Below are positions 1-8,734 of a stretch of DNA of 64,000 nucleotides, in pieces (within the stretch, counting starts at the first letter, position 1; each line of letters begins with the position of its first letter). Below the pieces are notes generated by a model, which saw nothing but the letters and a program-made list of their open reading frames with translations, was not told where the DNA came from and did no database searches. The position numbers and the translations under genes are program-made. The DNA comes from an uncultured bacterium (GTDB taxonomy: Bacteria > Oederibacteriota > Oederibacteriia > Oederibacteriales > Oederibacteriaceae), in NCBI GenBank assembly GCA_965112635.1, contig OZ218778.1, positions 704,001-768,000 on the forward strand, given 5' to 3'.

Positions 1-70
1 TGTCGCTCTTTAAAGCGGGATAGGGTTTTTTTATTTTGTTCCTGCTTGTGGAATCCTATAGCCAGAAAGG

Positions 71-292
71 TTAGGCCTTGAGTTTAGTCTGTTTTGACTT
101 GCCTTTGCCTTTTTCTTCTTTTTCCTGATGTCTCACTTCCATCTCACCTTTTCTGATCCTATCCAGGTGATGCTGGCAGGCAAAGACCACCCTGTGCTCA
201 GGATGGTCGCATTTCACGATAACGAATTTGGGGGGAGTCGCGCAGTCCTCGGCGCTGCATTTATGCTCTACCTTAAATGAAATGAGTTTCAT
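71..292 (-). CDS. small hypothetical protein, Cys/His-rich (possible Zn-binding) with basic tail
   Basis: CSAEDC...CDHPEH...CQHH motifs; Lys-rich C-terminus; strong RBS (AAGGGAGG) upstream. Confidence 0.65.
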   Translation of the reverse strand: MKLISFKVEHKCSAEDCATPPKFVIVKCDHPEHRVVFACQHHLDRIRKGEMEVRHQEKEEKGKGKSKQTKLKA

Positions 293-334
293 CTTTTTCC
301 TCCCTTTCCAAATTTACTACTACATTATACCAAC

Positions 335-964
335 TTAATGCTGTTTTTCTCTGTGCAGGTTCCCTGAACCGGCCTTTTGTTTTTTCAGGGTCAGAGCGGC
401 ATGAGACCAGGAGGTTTTTTCTCCTTTAGGGTAGCCCTGGGGAAAAGCCGTGACCGTTAGGTACTCCACAGCCTTTCCACCCACCGTCCTCACCGAATGC
501 CATTTGTTCACAGGCACGAAAAAAACATCCCCGAACTTGAGACTGGCGCAACGCTTCGCTTTATCGGGACGCGTTTTGAAGACCACGGGCTCTGCCCGTG
601 GTTGAAAAAACGCCATTATATTATACAAATTCCTCTCCGAGAGGATTCCAAAGGAGGTTACTCCTTTGGTCAGCCAGCGCAGCTGGCTGAATATTTTGTG
701 AGAGTCGCGGGCTCTGCCCGTAGGGGGCCCACCGCTCTCCTTCGAGCGTGTGAGCACCTCTCCCCTGCCTTTGATCATATAAAATATCTGTTCAGCTTCC
801 GGATGCCGGTGCATAGGCGAAGCGTGGCCAGGTTTGATGATGGTCAAAAATGTTTCCGTACATTTGGCTGATTCGCGGGGAATTAAAAAATCATTGATGT
901 GTGTCTTGAAAACGAACCTCTTGCCCTTACTGTAAAAGATTTTAATAAATCTACCTTTGCCCAT
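335..964 (-). CDS. cupin domain protein carrying an in-frame 58-aa insertion
   Basis: Cupin motif 1 PGHASPMHRHPEAEQIFYMIKGRG and motif 2 LKFGDVFFVPVNKWH separated by an abnormally long spacer; likely start is ATG at 964 (ORF track starts at 973). Confidence 0.75.
   Translation of the reverse strand: MGKGRFIKIFYSKGKRFVFKTHINDFLIPRESAKCTETFLTIIKPGHASPMHRHPEAEQIFYMIKGRGEVLTRSKESGGPPTGRARDSHKIFSQLRWLTKGVTSFGILSERNLYNIMAFFQPRAEPVVFKTRPDKAKRCASLKFGDVFFVPVNKWHSVRTVGGKAVEYLTVTAFPQGYPKGEKTSWSHAALTLKKQKAGSGNLHREKQH
560..733 (-). mobile_element. non-autonomous IS200/IS605-like palindromic element (PATE-like) inside the cupin gene
   Basis: Two subterminal CGGGCAGAGCCCG hairpins near 584-601 and 706-722, with three internal hairpins between; removal restores typical cupin spacing. 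Confidence 0.65.
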
Positions 965-966
965 AC

Positions 967-1620
967 CTACCACCTATATTCAATGACCTTGAGAAAAGCC
1001 CTGGCAATAATGAGGTGGCCCAAAGTATTGGGATGGACCCGGTCCCAGGCCAGGGTCATGGGATGGATGTCACCTAAAACCTCGTCAAAAGCCTCCTGCG
1101 TATCCACCAGCAAAGCCTTATATTTCTTAGCCAGCCTTTTAACAACCTCCCCGTACTGGTCCATCATCCGGCGCATGGGTTCCTGGCGGTTGGGCTCGAT
1201 GAGATACGGGGTCATCAGGACCAGGCCCTGGAGCTTGAGCTGTTTCAGGCTGGTTTTGACCAGGCCTTCCAATGTTTCCGCGTACTCAGGCAAACGCACA
1301 TGGTTCTCGGTCTGCAAAGGCAGATCAAACTGCCTCCACACGTCATTGATGCCGATCTTGATGGACAGCCAGTCCGGCTTCAAATCCAGCACATCCCTTT
1401 TCCAGCGGGCTTTGAGGTCCCTGACCGTATGCCCGCCGCACCCCATGTTGACCACGCGCAGCTTTGGACAGGGAACGCTGGCATTGAGCAGACCTTCCAC
1501 AAAGCTCACATAGCCGTTGCCCAGGGAGGCGCCCAATCCCTCGCCCACAGGCTGGGCCCTGCCGCAATCCGTGATGGAATCTCCTATCATCACCACTTTA
1601 CTTCCGGGTTTTATGAGCAT
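967..1620 (-). CDS. SGNH/GDSL hydrolase (acetylesterase-like)
   Basis: GDSITD block I, GINDV block III, DRVHP block V. Confidence 0.9.
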   Translation of the reverse strand: MLIKPGSKVVMIGDSITDCGRAQPVGEGLGASLGNGYVSFVEGLLNASVPCPKLRVVNMGCGGHTVRDLKARWKRDVLDLKPDWLSIKIGINDVWRQFDLPLQTENHVRLPEYAETLEGLVKTSLKQLKLQGLVLMTPYLIEPNRQEPMRRMMDQYGEVVKRLAKKYKALLVDTQEAFDEVLGDIHPMTLAWDRVHPNTLGHLIIARAFLKVIEYRW

Positions 1621-1630
1621 CTTTCCTCCT

Positions 1631-2386
1631 CTATCGGGTAATTATTCCCGCGGCGGTCCTTTGCCTGACCAGTTCGTACATCAGCACGGCCCCGGCATTG
1701 GAGACATTGAGCGAAGCGATCTTACCGGCCATGGGAATTTTCACCAAAAAATCGCATTTTTCGCGGGTGAGCCGGGACAAACCCTTGCCTTCCCCGCCCA
1801 GCACCAGGCAGGTGGGCAAAGTAAAATCATGGTCAAAACAAACGGTCTGGGCCTCGCCGTCCGCTCCCACGACCCAAATACCCTCTTTTTTAAAAAGATC
1901 GATGGCCTGGTTGATATTGGTCACGCAGGCCACCGCTACATAGGAGGAAGCACCAGCCGAGGTCTTGGAGACCGTCTCGGTCAGGCCCACGCCTCGCTTT
2001 AGCGGGATGACCACCCCGTGGCACCCGCTTCCCTCCGCGGTCCTGAGGATCGCGCCCAAGTTGTGGGGGTCCTGCAGATGGTCCAGGATGATGATAAAGG
2101 GAGGCTCCTTGAGATGTTTGGCTTTTAGGACTAGGTCCAGGGGGTCCAGGTAACTGGTGGCCGAGGAAAGGAGCGCCACCACGCCCTGGTGCTTGGGATG
2201 GCCGCAAAGCTCCTTGAGCCTGTCGTTGTCCTCGTAGCTGATCTCCACATCATAGCTTTTGGCCAGCACCTCTATTTCCTGCAAAAAGGTCCCGGAGTTT
2301 TTGGCCAGGAATATCTTGTCAATGCGGTTCTGCTGGCTTTTTAAAGCTTCCAGGACCGGATGCTTGCCCCAAATTTTTTCGCTCAT
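1631..2386 (-). CDS. rlmB: 23S rRNA (G2251-2'-O)-methyltransferase RlmB
   Basis: GKHPVLEAL, HQGVVA, LDHLQDPHNLGAILRTA, GGEGKGLS, SLNVSNA SPOUT motifs. Confidence 0.93.
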   Translation of the reverse strand: MSEKIWGKHPVLEALKSQQNRIDKIFLAKNSGTFLQEIEVLAKSYDVEISYEDNDRLKELCGHPKHQGVVALLSSATSYLDPLDLVLKAKHLKEPPFIIILDHLQDPHNLGAILRTAEGSGCHGVVIPLKRGVGLTETVSKTSAGASSYVAVACVTNINQAIDLFKKEGIWVVGADGEAQTVCFDHDFTLPTCLVLGGEGKGLSRLTREKCDFLVKIPMAGKIASLNVSNAGAVLMYELVRQRTAAGIITR

Positions 2387-2401
2387 TGCCGGAATCCCGC
2401 C

Positions 2402-2965
2402 TTACTTGGCGTCAAAATCGACTTTGGGCACGGCCTTGGCTTTTTCTTCGGCCTGGAAGAACTCCCTGGGCTTGAACCCGAACCACTGGCCGATCATGTT
2501 GGTGGGCACCCGGCGCAGAGCCGTGTTGAGGTCCTGGACCGCCTCGTTGTAACGCTGCCGCTCCACGCTGATCCTGTTCTCGGTGCCGGCCAGCTCGTCC
2601 ATCAGCCGGTTAAAAGTTTCGTTGGCCTTGAGGTTGGGGTAGTTCTCCACGATGACCAGCAGCCGGGAAAGCGAGGTCTCCATCTGGGTCCCGGCCTTGA
2701 TCTTGTCTTCGGTGGTCTTCGCGCCCGTGTACTGGGCCCTGGCCTGGGCCAGTTCGGACAGGATGGATTTTTCATGTTTCATGTAACCTTTGACGCTGGA
2801 CACCAGGTTGGGGATAAGGTCGGCCCGCCTCTGCAGGACGTTCTCCACCTGGGCCCAGGCCGAGGTCACGGCCACATCCTTATTGACCAGGCTGTTGTAC
2901 ATCCCGAATCCAGCCAAAACCACCAGCACCACGACGCCTAAAATTATTAAAAGGGCCTTGTTCAT
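2402..2965 (-). CDS. lemA: LemA family protein
   Basis: N-terminal TM helix; AWAQVENVLQRRADLIPNLV, ENYPNLKANE, GTENRISVERQRYN. Confidence 0.93.
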   Translation of the reverse strand: MNKALLIILGVVVLVVLAGFGMYNSLVNKDVAVTSAWAQVENVLQRRADLIPNLVSSVKGYMKHEKSILSELAQARAQYTGAKTTEDKIKAGTQMETSLSRLLVIVENYPNLKANETFNRLMDELAGTENRISVERQRYNEAVQDLNTALRRVPTNMIGQWFGFKPREFFQAEEKAKAVPKVDFDAK

Positions 2966-2979
2966 AACGGACTCCCTCC

Positions 2980-3648
2980 TTAAATGGACTCTAGATTTTG
3001 CAACAGGCGGCCGACCGCGTCATAAAGGGAAAAATACAGCCCAGCCAATGCCTGTTTGTTCAATTTGATCTCTTTTTTCCTTAATTTGGCGCACTGTTCC
3101 ATGGGGTGCAGCAGAGCCGGTCCCAGCTTGCCCCGGCACATGAACTGGCATTCTTTGGCCAGATGGTTCAGGGATTTCCCGGCCTGGCCCAAAAACGCCT
3201 CCATGTCCCTGGGGCTGGACTGGAGGGTGAGCCACAGGACGCGCATCTGCAAAAGCTTGGAGGTGAGCTCGGCCTCCACCTGGTGGCGGAGGTTCCTGGT
3301 GCTGACCGCGACCTCTCCGACCACATCCTTGCCGGCCAAAACTTCGTAGCTTTCCTGGATGTCCCGGAACTCCAGGGGAAAGGTGTCCGCGCCCCGTCCG
3401 ATCTCCTGCTCGGACCAGAAAACAGGGGCCAGGTTTATCTTTTTCTGCGCTATGGCCACGCATTTCCGGGCCAGGCTGAGGTCGGACAGATGGACCTCTT
3501 TTAACACCACCAGGACATTAACGTCGGACTTCTGGGGCAGGTGCTGCTTTTTAGCCGCGCTTCCGTACAGGATGACCGAGACGAGCTTGTTCCCGAACAG
3601 GGTTTGCAGGTCCTTTACCAAAAGGTCCAGATGTGATTTCACAGCCAT
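2980..3648 (-). CDS. nucleotidyltransferase-domain protein (LemA-associated)
   Basis: SVILYGSAA...SDVNVLVV pol-beta-like motif; DTFPLEF. Confidence 0.75.
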   Translation of the reverse strand: MAVKSHLDLLVKDLQTLFGNKLVSVILYGSAAKKQHLPQKSDVNVLVVLKEVHLSDLSLARKCVAIAQKKINLAPVFWSEQEIGRGADTFPLEFRDIQESYEVLAGKDVVGEVAVSTRNLRHQVEAELTSKLLQMRVLWLTLQSSPRDMEAFLGQAGKSLNHLAKECQFMCRGKLGPALLHPMEQCAKLRKKEIKLNKQALAGLYFSLYDAVGRLLQNLESI

Positions 3649-3654
3649 CCTCTT

Positions 3655-5034
3655 TCAGTGCATCATGGGGAAAAACTTGGCTTTGATCAGTTTAAAAACG
3701 TCGTTGTAGGTCGCGTAAAGCATGAGGGTCACGATGAAGACAAAACCCACCCGCTGATAGATGTCCTGGACTTTGACCGAGAGTGGCTTGCGGCGCACCG
3801 CCTCCAGCAGGAAAAGCACGACCAGACCGCCGTCGGTCAAAGGGATGGGCAGCAGGTTGATGACCGCCAGCATCACGCCGATCATGGCGATGAGGTCAAG
3901 CAGGTCCCGCCAGCCCTGGCGGGCCTGCTGGTTGGCCATCCGCACGATGGTTACCGGCCCTCCGATGGCTTCCTGAAAAGAGATCTGTCCCGAGACCATC
4001 TGCCACAGTCCCCTGAGGATGCCCTGGGCCCCCATCATGGTGCCCCTGGCGCCCATGCCGATCGATTCGGTCAGGGAAAATTTCATATAGGTGAAGGTGT
4101 CAGGCTCTTTACGGCCGACGCCGATGAAACCGGCTTTGCCCACTCCGGGCATATCCTGGAGGACGGTTTTGACGGATATCTTTTCAACCTTGCCGTTGCG
4201 CGCGACTTTCATTTTGATCACCCCGCCTTTCGCCCCGTGGATGAGCTCGGAGATCTGGCTCCAGTGCCTGATCTTTTTGCTGTTGATCTCGACGATCCTG
4301 TCCCCGGCCTTCATCCCGGCCTGGTCTGCCGGGAACCCCGGGGTCACGCTGCCGACGATGTTGGTGTCCTCGTCCTCGGATTCCAGGCCAAAGGACCATT
4401 CTTTGTACTGCTTGTCAAACTCTGGTTTTAACTGGACTGTCCAGACCCTCTTGTCCCGTTTCATTTTCAAGGTGACCGCCGGCGGGATTTCTCCCTCCTC
4501 TTTAGGCCGCAGGGCTTCCTCGAGGCCGTGCCAGTCCGCGACAGCCTTGCCATTGGCCTCCATGACCAGGTCCCCTTCTTTAAGATGCGCCGTAAAAGCC
4601 GATGTTTTTGGTTTGATCTCGCCGATGCGGTTAGAGTAGTTGGGTATTTTGATGCCGATATAAGCGACAAAAATGAACAAAAGGAAAGCCAGCACAAAAT
4701 TCATCAGCGGCCCGGCCACGCAGACAATGATCCTTTGCCACCAGGGTCTGGCCAGAAAATCCCAGGGCTCGATCTTTTTGTCCTGTTCCAGGATCTCGCC
4801 GCCGGACATTTTGACATAACCGCCCAGGGGTATCCAGGAGATCAAATACTCGGTCTCCCCTTTTTTAAAGCCCCATAGTTTGGGGGGGAATCCCAGGGAG
4901 AACTGCTCCACCTTGACCTTGAAGGATTTGGCGGCGATAAAATGGCCCAGCTCGTGGACAAAAATGAGCACGCCCACCCAGAAAATGATCTCCAGGATTA
5001 TGGTGCTGGAATGCAGCATGGAAATTAAGGACAC
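3655..5034 (-). CDS. rseP: RIP metalloprotease RseP with two PDZ domains
   Basis: HELGH zinc motif, IPLGGYVKM, AGPLMN, NLLPIPLTDGG; position after dxr. Confidence 0.93.
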   Translation of the reverse strand: MSLISMLHSSTIILEIIFWVGVLIFVHELGHFIAAKSFKVKVEQFSLGFPPKLWGFKKGETEYLISWIPLGGYVKMSGGEILEQDKKIEPWDFLARPWWQRIIVCVAGPLMNFVLAFLLFIFVAYIGIKIPNYSNRIGEIKPKTSAFTAHLKEGDLVMEANGKAVADWHGLEEALRPKEEGEIPPAVTLKMKRDKRVWTVQLKPEFDKQYKEWSFGLESEDEDTNIVGSVTPGFPADQAGMKAGDRIVEINSKKIRHWSQISELIHGAKGGVIKMKVARNGKVEKISVKTVLQDMPGVGKAGFIGVGRKEPDTFTYMKFSLTESIGMGARGTMMGAQGILRGLWQMVSGQISFQEAIGGPVTIVRMANQQARQGWRDLLDLIAMIGVMLAVINLLPIPLTDGGLVVLFLLEAVRRKPLSVKVQDIYQRVGFVFIVTLMLYATYNDVFKLIKAKFFPMMH

Positions 5035-5039
5035 GGGAT

Positions 5040-6209
5040 TTATCCTCTCATTTCATCGATAAATTGACAGGTTTTTTGCCTGGCCCACTGGTCGGCTTCC
5101 AGGACCGCCGTGAGGTCCATCCGGGAACCCGGCCGGTGGATTTGTAATACTCTACCAATCAGCCCGCTAATTTGCAAAAACTTAATGCGTCCTTCCAAAA
5201 AGGCGGCCACCGCGATCTCGTTGGCGGCGTTGAGGACCGCCGGATAGGTTCTCCCTTTGCCGGCCGCTTCGTAGGCGTAATGCAGGCAGCGGAACTTGTT
5301 TTTGTCCGGCCTGAAAAAATCCAGATGCTTGAGCTGCGCCAGGTCCAGGGAGGCCAGGTGGCTCATCAAACGCCTGGGATAGGTCAGGGCGTACTGGATG
5401 GGAAGTTTCATGTCCGGATAGCTCATCTGCGCCAGGGTGGCCCCGTCCACGAACTCCACCATGGAGTGGATGATGCTCTGCGGGTGGATGACAACCTCGA
5501 TGTTCTTGAGCGGGATGTCGAAGAGATGGTGGGCTTCGATCACTTCCAGCCCCTTGTTCATCAGGGTCGCCGAATCCATGGTGATCTTCTTGCCCATCTT
5601 CCAGGTCGGGTGGGCCAAGGCCTCGCTGACCGTGACCTTTTTGATCCGGCTCAAAGGCGCCTGGAAAAAAGGGCCGCCCGAGGCGGTCAGCACGACGCGG
5701 CGCACCTGCGCGGGCACATGGCCCAGCAGGCACTGGAAAATGGCGCAGTGCTCGCTGTCCACGGGCAGCAGCTGGCCGCCGTATTTTTTGAGCTCTTTCT
5801 TGACGATCTCGCCGGCCATGACCAGGGGCTCTTTGTTGGCCAGGGCAATGTCCTTGCCCGTGCGGATGGCCTGAAGGGTCGGCAACAGCCCGGCCGCGCC
5901 CACCATAGCGGAAAAAGCCAGCTCCGCCGGCAGACCGGCCACGGCCAGCAAGCCTTCCCGGCCTCCCCAAACTTTGATGCCCGTCCGTTTTAAACGGCCG
6001 GCCAGCAGTTCAGCCTTGTGTTCGTTCAAAAGAGCCACGGCCTTCGGCCTGACCGCCAGGGCCTGCTGGTAAAGGAGATCGATGTTCTCGTTGGCGGTCA
6101 GCCCGACGATGCGGAAATTCTCACGGCAGTGTTTGTTCAGGTGGCCGACCACTTGCAGAACGTTCCGGCCTATGGAACCTGTGGAACCCAGGACCACAAT
6201 TTTTTTCAT
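5040..6209 (-). CDS. dxr: 1-deoxy-D-xylulose-5-phosphate reductoisomerase
   Basis: LGSTGSIG, LANKE, PVDSEH, HPTWKMGKKIT, NKGLEVIEAH. Confidence 0.96.
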   Translation of the reverse strand: MKKIVVLGSTGSIGRNVLQVVGHLNKHCRENFRIVGLTANENIDLLYQQALAVRPKAVALLNEHKAELLAGRLKRTGIKVWGGREGLLAVAGLPAELAFSAMVGAAGLLPTLQAIRTGKDIALANKEPLVMAGEIVKKELKKYGGQLLPVDSEHCAIFQCLLGHVPAQVRRVVLTASGGPFFQAPLSRIKKVTVSEALAHPTWKMGKKITMDSATLMNKGLEVIEAHHLFDIPLKNIEVVIHPQSIIHSMVEFVDGATLAQMSYPDMKLPIQYALTYPRRLMSHLASLDLAQLKHLDFFRPDKNKFRCLHYAYEAAGKGRTYPAVLNAANEIAVAAFLEGRIKFLQISGLIGRVLQIHRPGSRMDLTAVLEADQWARQKTCQFIDEMRG

Positions 6210-6224
6210 CGTCACATCCAATGG

Positions 6225-6364
6225 TTATTACTACTGCCAGAATACCCCGCTGCTTGCGGCGGGGATAAATGGCAGCCCGGAGTCCGCCGCGGCGGACGGA
6301 GGAGTAACAAACATAATTGACTCTTCCTTACAAATACCCTGCCCCTTAGGGCGGGGATGTTTAT
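6225..6364 (-). mobile_element. non-autonomous IS200/IS605-like palindromic element between cdsA and dxr
   Basis: End hairpins ATACCCCGCTGCTTGCGGCGGGGAT (6242-6266, enclosed by CTGCCA/TGGCAG) and ATACCCTGCCCCTTAGGGCGGGGAT (6334-6358); internal GTCCGCCGCGGCGGAC palindrome. Confidence 0.65.
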
Positions 6365-7197
6365 TTGACATGCATGATAAAGAGAACATAGTAATAAAGG
6401 CAGGGAGCGGTGAACAACAGGCTGTCAACCTTGTCCAAAAACCCTCCGTACTCGGGGAAAAGCGCCCCGGAATCCTTGACCCCGACATACCGCTTGAGGA
6501 CCGATTCGCTCAGGTCCCCCATCTGTCCCATGAACCCCAGAAGCACGGTCAGGATGAGCCCGTCCAAGAGGGAGATGGGCATCTGGGGCATGATGACCAG
6601 CTTGATGAGGCAAAAAAACAGGCCGCAGAGAACGAAACCTCCGATAAACCCCTCTTTTGTCTTTTTTGGGCTGATGGTGGGCGCCAGCGGATGCCGTCCC
6701 AGGGTGACCCCGACAAAATAGGCCCCGCCGTCATAGGCCCAGGTGAAAAAATAAAGAATGAACAAAAAATAGCTCCCCAACGGAAGATGCCGGAGCAGGA
6801 CCAGGTAGCTGCCCAGGTAGCCGATATAAAAAACGCCGCCGACCGTCAAAAGCATGTTTACGGCCCCTTTTTGGATGTCCTTTTTAAGAAGCACCAGCAG
6901 GGCCCCAATAAGGAACACCGCCCCCAGGAAGCCCGTCAATTCCCACTTGCCGGAAAAGTAGGGTGACAGGAAAAAAACCAGCCGGGGTTCCGGGCTGACG
7001 GCCATCAGGGTGCCGCAAATCATTCCCCACCATTTGAAGGGCGCAAAACCTTTTCTTTCCATCAACGCGCAGAACTCCCACAGGCTCCAGGCCACGACCA
7101 GCCCGATGAAGCAGGAATAACAAAGGGAGTTATCCATGAAAAAAGAATAAACAAAAACGGGAAGAAAGATGAGTGCGATGACTATCCTGATGATCAT
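6361..7197 (-). CDS. cdsA: phosphatidate cytidylyltransferase
   Basis: ISPKKTKEG, GDLSESVLKRYVGVKDSG, GGFLDKVDS; start MIIRIV overlaps the uppS stop (ATGA). Confidence 0.93.
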   Translation of the reverse strand: MIIRIVIALIFLPVFVYSFFMDNSLCYSCFIGLVVAWSLWEFCALMERKGFAPFKWWGMICGTLMAVSPEPRLVFFLSPYFSGKWELTGFLGAVFLIGALLVLLKKDIQKGAVNMLLTVGGVFYIGYLGSYLVLLRHLPLGSYFLFILYFFTWAYDGGAYFVGVTLGRHPLAPTISPKKTKEGFIGGFVLCGLFFCLIKLVIMPQMPISLLDGLILTVLLGFMGQMGDLSESVLKRYVGVKDSGALFPEYGGFLDKVDSLLFTAPCLYYYVLFIMHVK

Positions 7198-7958
7198 TGG
7201 GCTTCCACGCCTCCGAATCTTCTTTCTCTTTTTTGGTACTCTCTGATCCCCTGGTAGAGGTGGTCGGCGGTGAAATCCGGCCACAAAACCGGCGTCACCC
7301 AGATCTCGGTATAGGCCAGCTGCCACAGCAGGAAATTGGACAGCCTCATCTCCCCGCTGGTCCGGATCAAAAGGTCGGGGTCCGGGATGCCCGCGGTGCT
7401 GAGAAAACTCCCGAACTCTTTCTCGTCCAGCCGCAATTTTTTTTGGGCCCGGCTGGGGAGCGCGAGGATCTTTTTGGCGGCTCCCGCGATCTCCGCCCTG
7501 GCGCTGTAGTTCAGGGCCAGGATCAGGGTCAGACCCTGGTTGTCCGCGGTCTGCCGGATGGCCTGTTGCAGGGCCGCCCGGGCTCCGCTGGGCAGCTCTC
7601 CCGTGGCGCCGATGGTCAACAGCCGCACGCGGTTTTCCTGGAGTTCCCTGAGCTCGCTTTTGAGGTAATGCCTGAGGAGCACCATGAGCGCTCTGACCTC
7701 GGTCCGCGGCCTTTTCCAGTTCTCCTTGGAAAAAGCGTAGAGGGTCAGGTATTTGATCCCGGTCTGTCCGCACGCGCGCACGATCTCTTTGACCCGCTTC
7801 ATCCCGAAACGGTGGCCCAGGACCCGGTGCAGGCCTCTTTTTTTGGCCCAGCGACCGTTCCCGTCCATGATGATGGCAATGTGTTGGGGGAGCCGGGAGG
7901 GGTCCAAGCCGGAGCGGGGATCTTTCTGGGCTGTCGCTTTTTTCTTCAAGAGGTTCAC
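7194..7958 (-). CDS. uppS: undecaprenyl diphosphate synthase
   Basis: HIAIIMDGNGRWA, YAFSKENWKRP, DPDLLIRTSGEMRLSNFLLWQ. Confidence 0.96.
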   Translation of the reverse strand: MNLLKKKATAQKDPRSGLDPSRLPQHIAIIMDGNGRWAKKRGLHRVLGHRFGMKRVKEIVRACGQTGIKYLTLYAFSKENWKRPRTEVRALMVLLRHYLKSELRELQENRVRLLTIGATGELPSGARAALQQAIRQTADNQGLTLILALNYSARAEIAGAAKKILALPSRAQKKLRLDEKEFGSFLSTAGIPDPDLLIRTSGEMRLSNFLLWQLAYTEIWVTPVLWPDFTADHLYQGIREYQKRERRFGGVEAQ

Positions 7959-7981
7959 GGTCGGGCCCTTGTGAAATGGAT

Positions 7982-8170
7982 TAACGGGCTGCTGACGTCC
8001 TCATGGACGCACACCTTGAGGGCGAAAACCCTTCTAAAGGGTCCTCTAGCAGCCTGTTACGTCGCTAACGTCCTCACGGACGCAGGCTTTAGCCTGTCCG
8101 TAGGGAATTTCGACGTTTTGGAATCCAATAAATCTGAAAAAGTCTCTTGTGGGGGACTTTTCAGCATCCT
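7982..8170. repeat. cluster of palindromic repeats/MITE remnants between frr and uppS
   Basis: TAACGGGCTGCT/AGCAGCCTGTTA inverted repeat, a 30-nt element at 7995-8024, a partial copy at 8066-8095, CTGAAAAAGTC...GACTTTTCAG hairpin. Confidence 0.6.
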
Positions 8171-8175
8171 TTTAA

Positions 8176-8730
8176 TTAGACTTCCATGATTTCTTTTTCT
8201 TTAGCGCCGTAAACTTCGTCCACTTTTTTCATGTAATCGTCGTTAATCTTCTGGATATGGGTCTGGGACCTTTTGGCGTCGTCTTCGGAGAGCTCTTTTT
8301 TCTTTTCCTTGTCTTTGATGCTTTCCATGGCGTCCCTCCGGATGGCCCTCAGGGCGATCCGGCCGTCCTCGGCCATCTTCTTGATGACCTTGACCAGCTC
8401 TATCCTCGTTTCCTGGGTGGGCTGGGGCATGGTCAGGCGGATGACTTTGCCGTCGTTCATGGGGGTCAGGCCCAGGGTGGACTTGGACACGGCCTTTTCG
8501 ATCTCCGCCAGAACGGCCTTGTCCCAGGGTTTGATCTCCAGGACCCGCGCCTCGGGGACAGAGACTGTGGCCACTTGGGTCACGGGGACCTGGGAGCCGT
8601 AATACTCGACTTTGATATTGTCCAGCAAGGCTACGGAGGCCCGGCCGGTACGGACCGAGGAGAACTCCTTCCGCAGATTATCCATCGACTTCTTCATTTT
8701 ATTTTCCATGTCCACAAAAACTTGGTCCAT
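8176..8730 (-). CDS. frr: ribosome recycling factor
   Basis: SVRTGRAS, YYGSQVPVTQVA, NDGKVIRL, KEKEIMEV. Confidence 0.96.
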   Translation of the reverse strand: MDQVFVDMENKMKKSMDNLRKEFSSVRTGRASVALLDNIKVEYYGSQVPVTQVATVSVPEARVLEIKPWDKAVLAEIEKAVSKSTLGLTPMNDGKVIRLTMPQPTQETRIELVKVIKKMAEDGRIALRAIRRDAMESIKDKEKKKELSEDDAKRSQTHIQKINDDYMKKVDEVYGAKEKEIMEV

Positions 8731-8734
8731 CGTC

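Noticed and set aside
560-733. Group I intron or IStron interpretation of the cupin insert
   Set aside because: Too short, and no recognisable P7/catalytic core; only local hairpins are visible.
6361-7773. 470-aa ORF suggesting an N-terminally extended CdsA
   Set aside because: The extension is an alternate frame of uppS; the real start is the ATG at 7197 overlapping the uppS stop.
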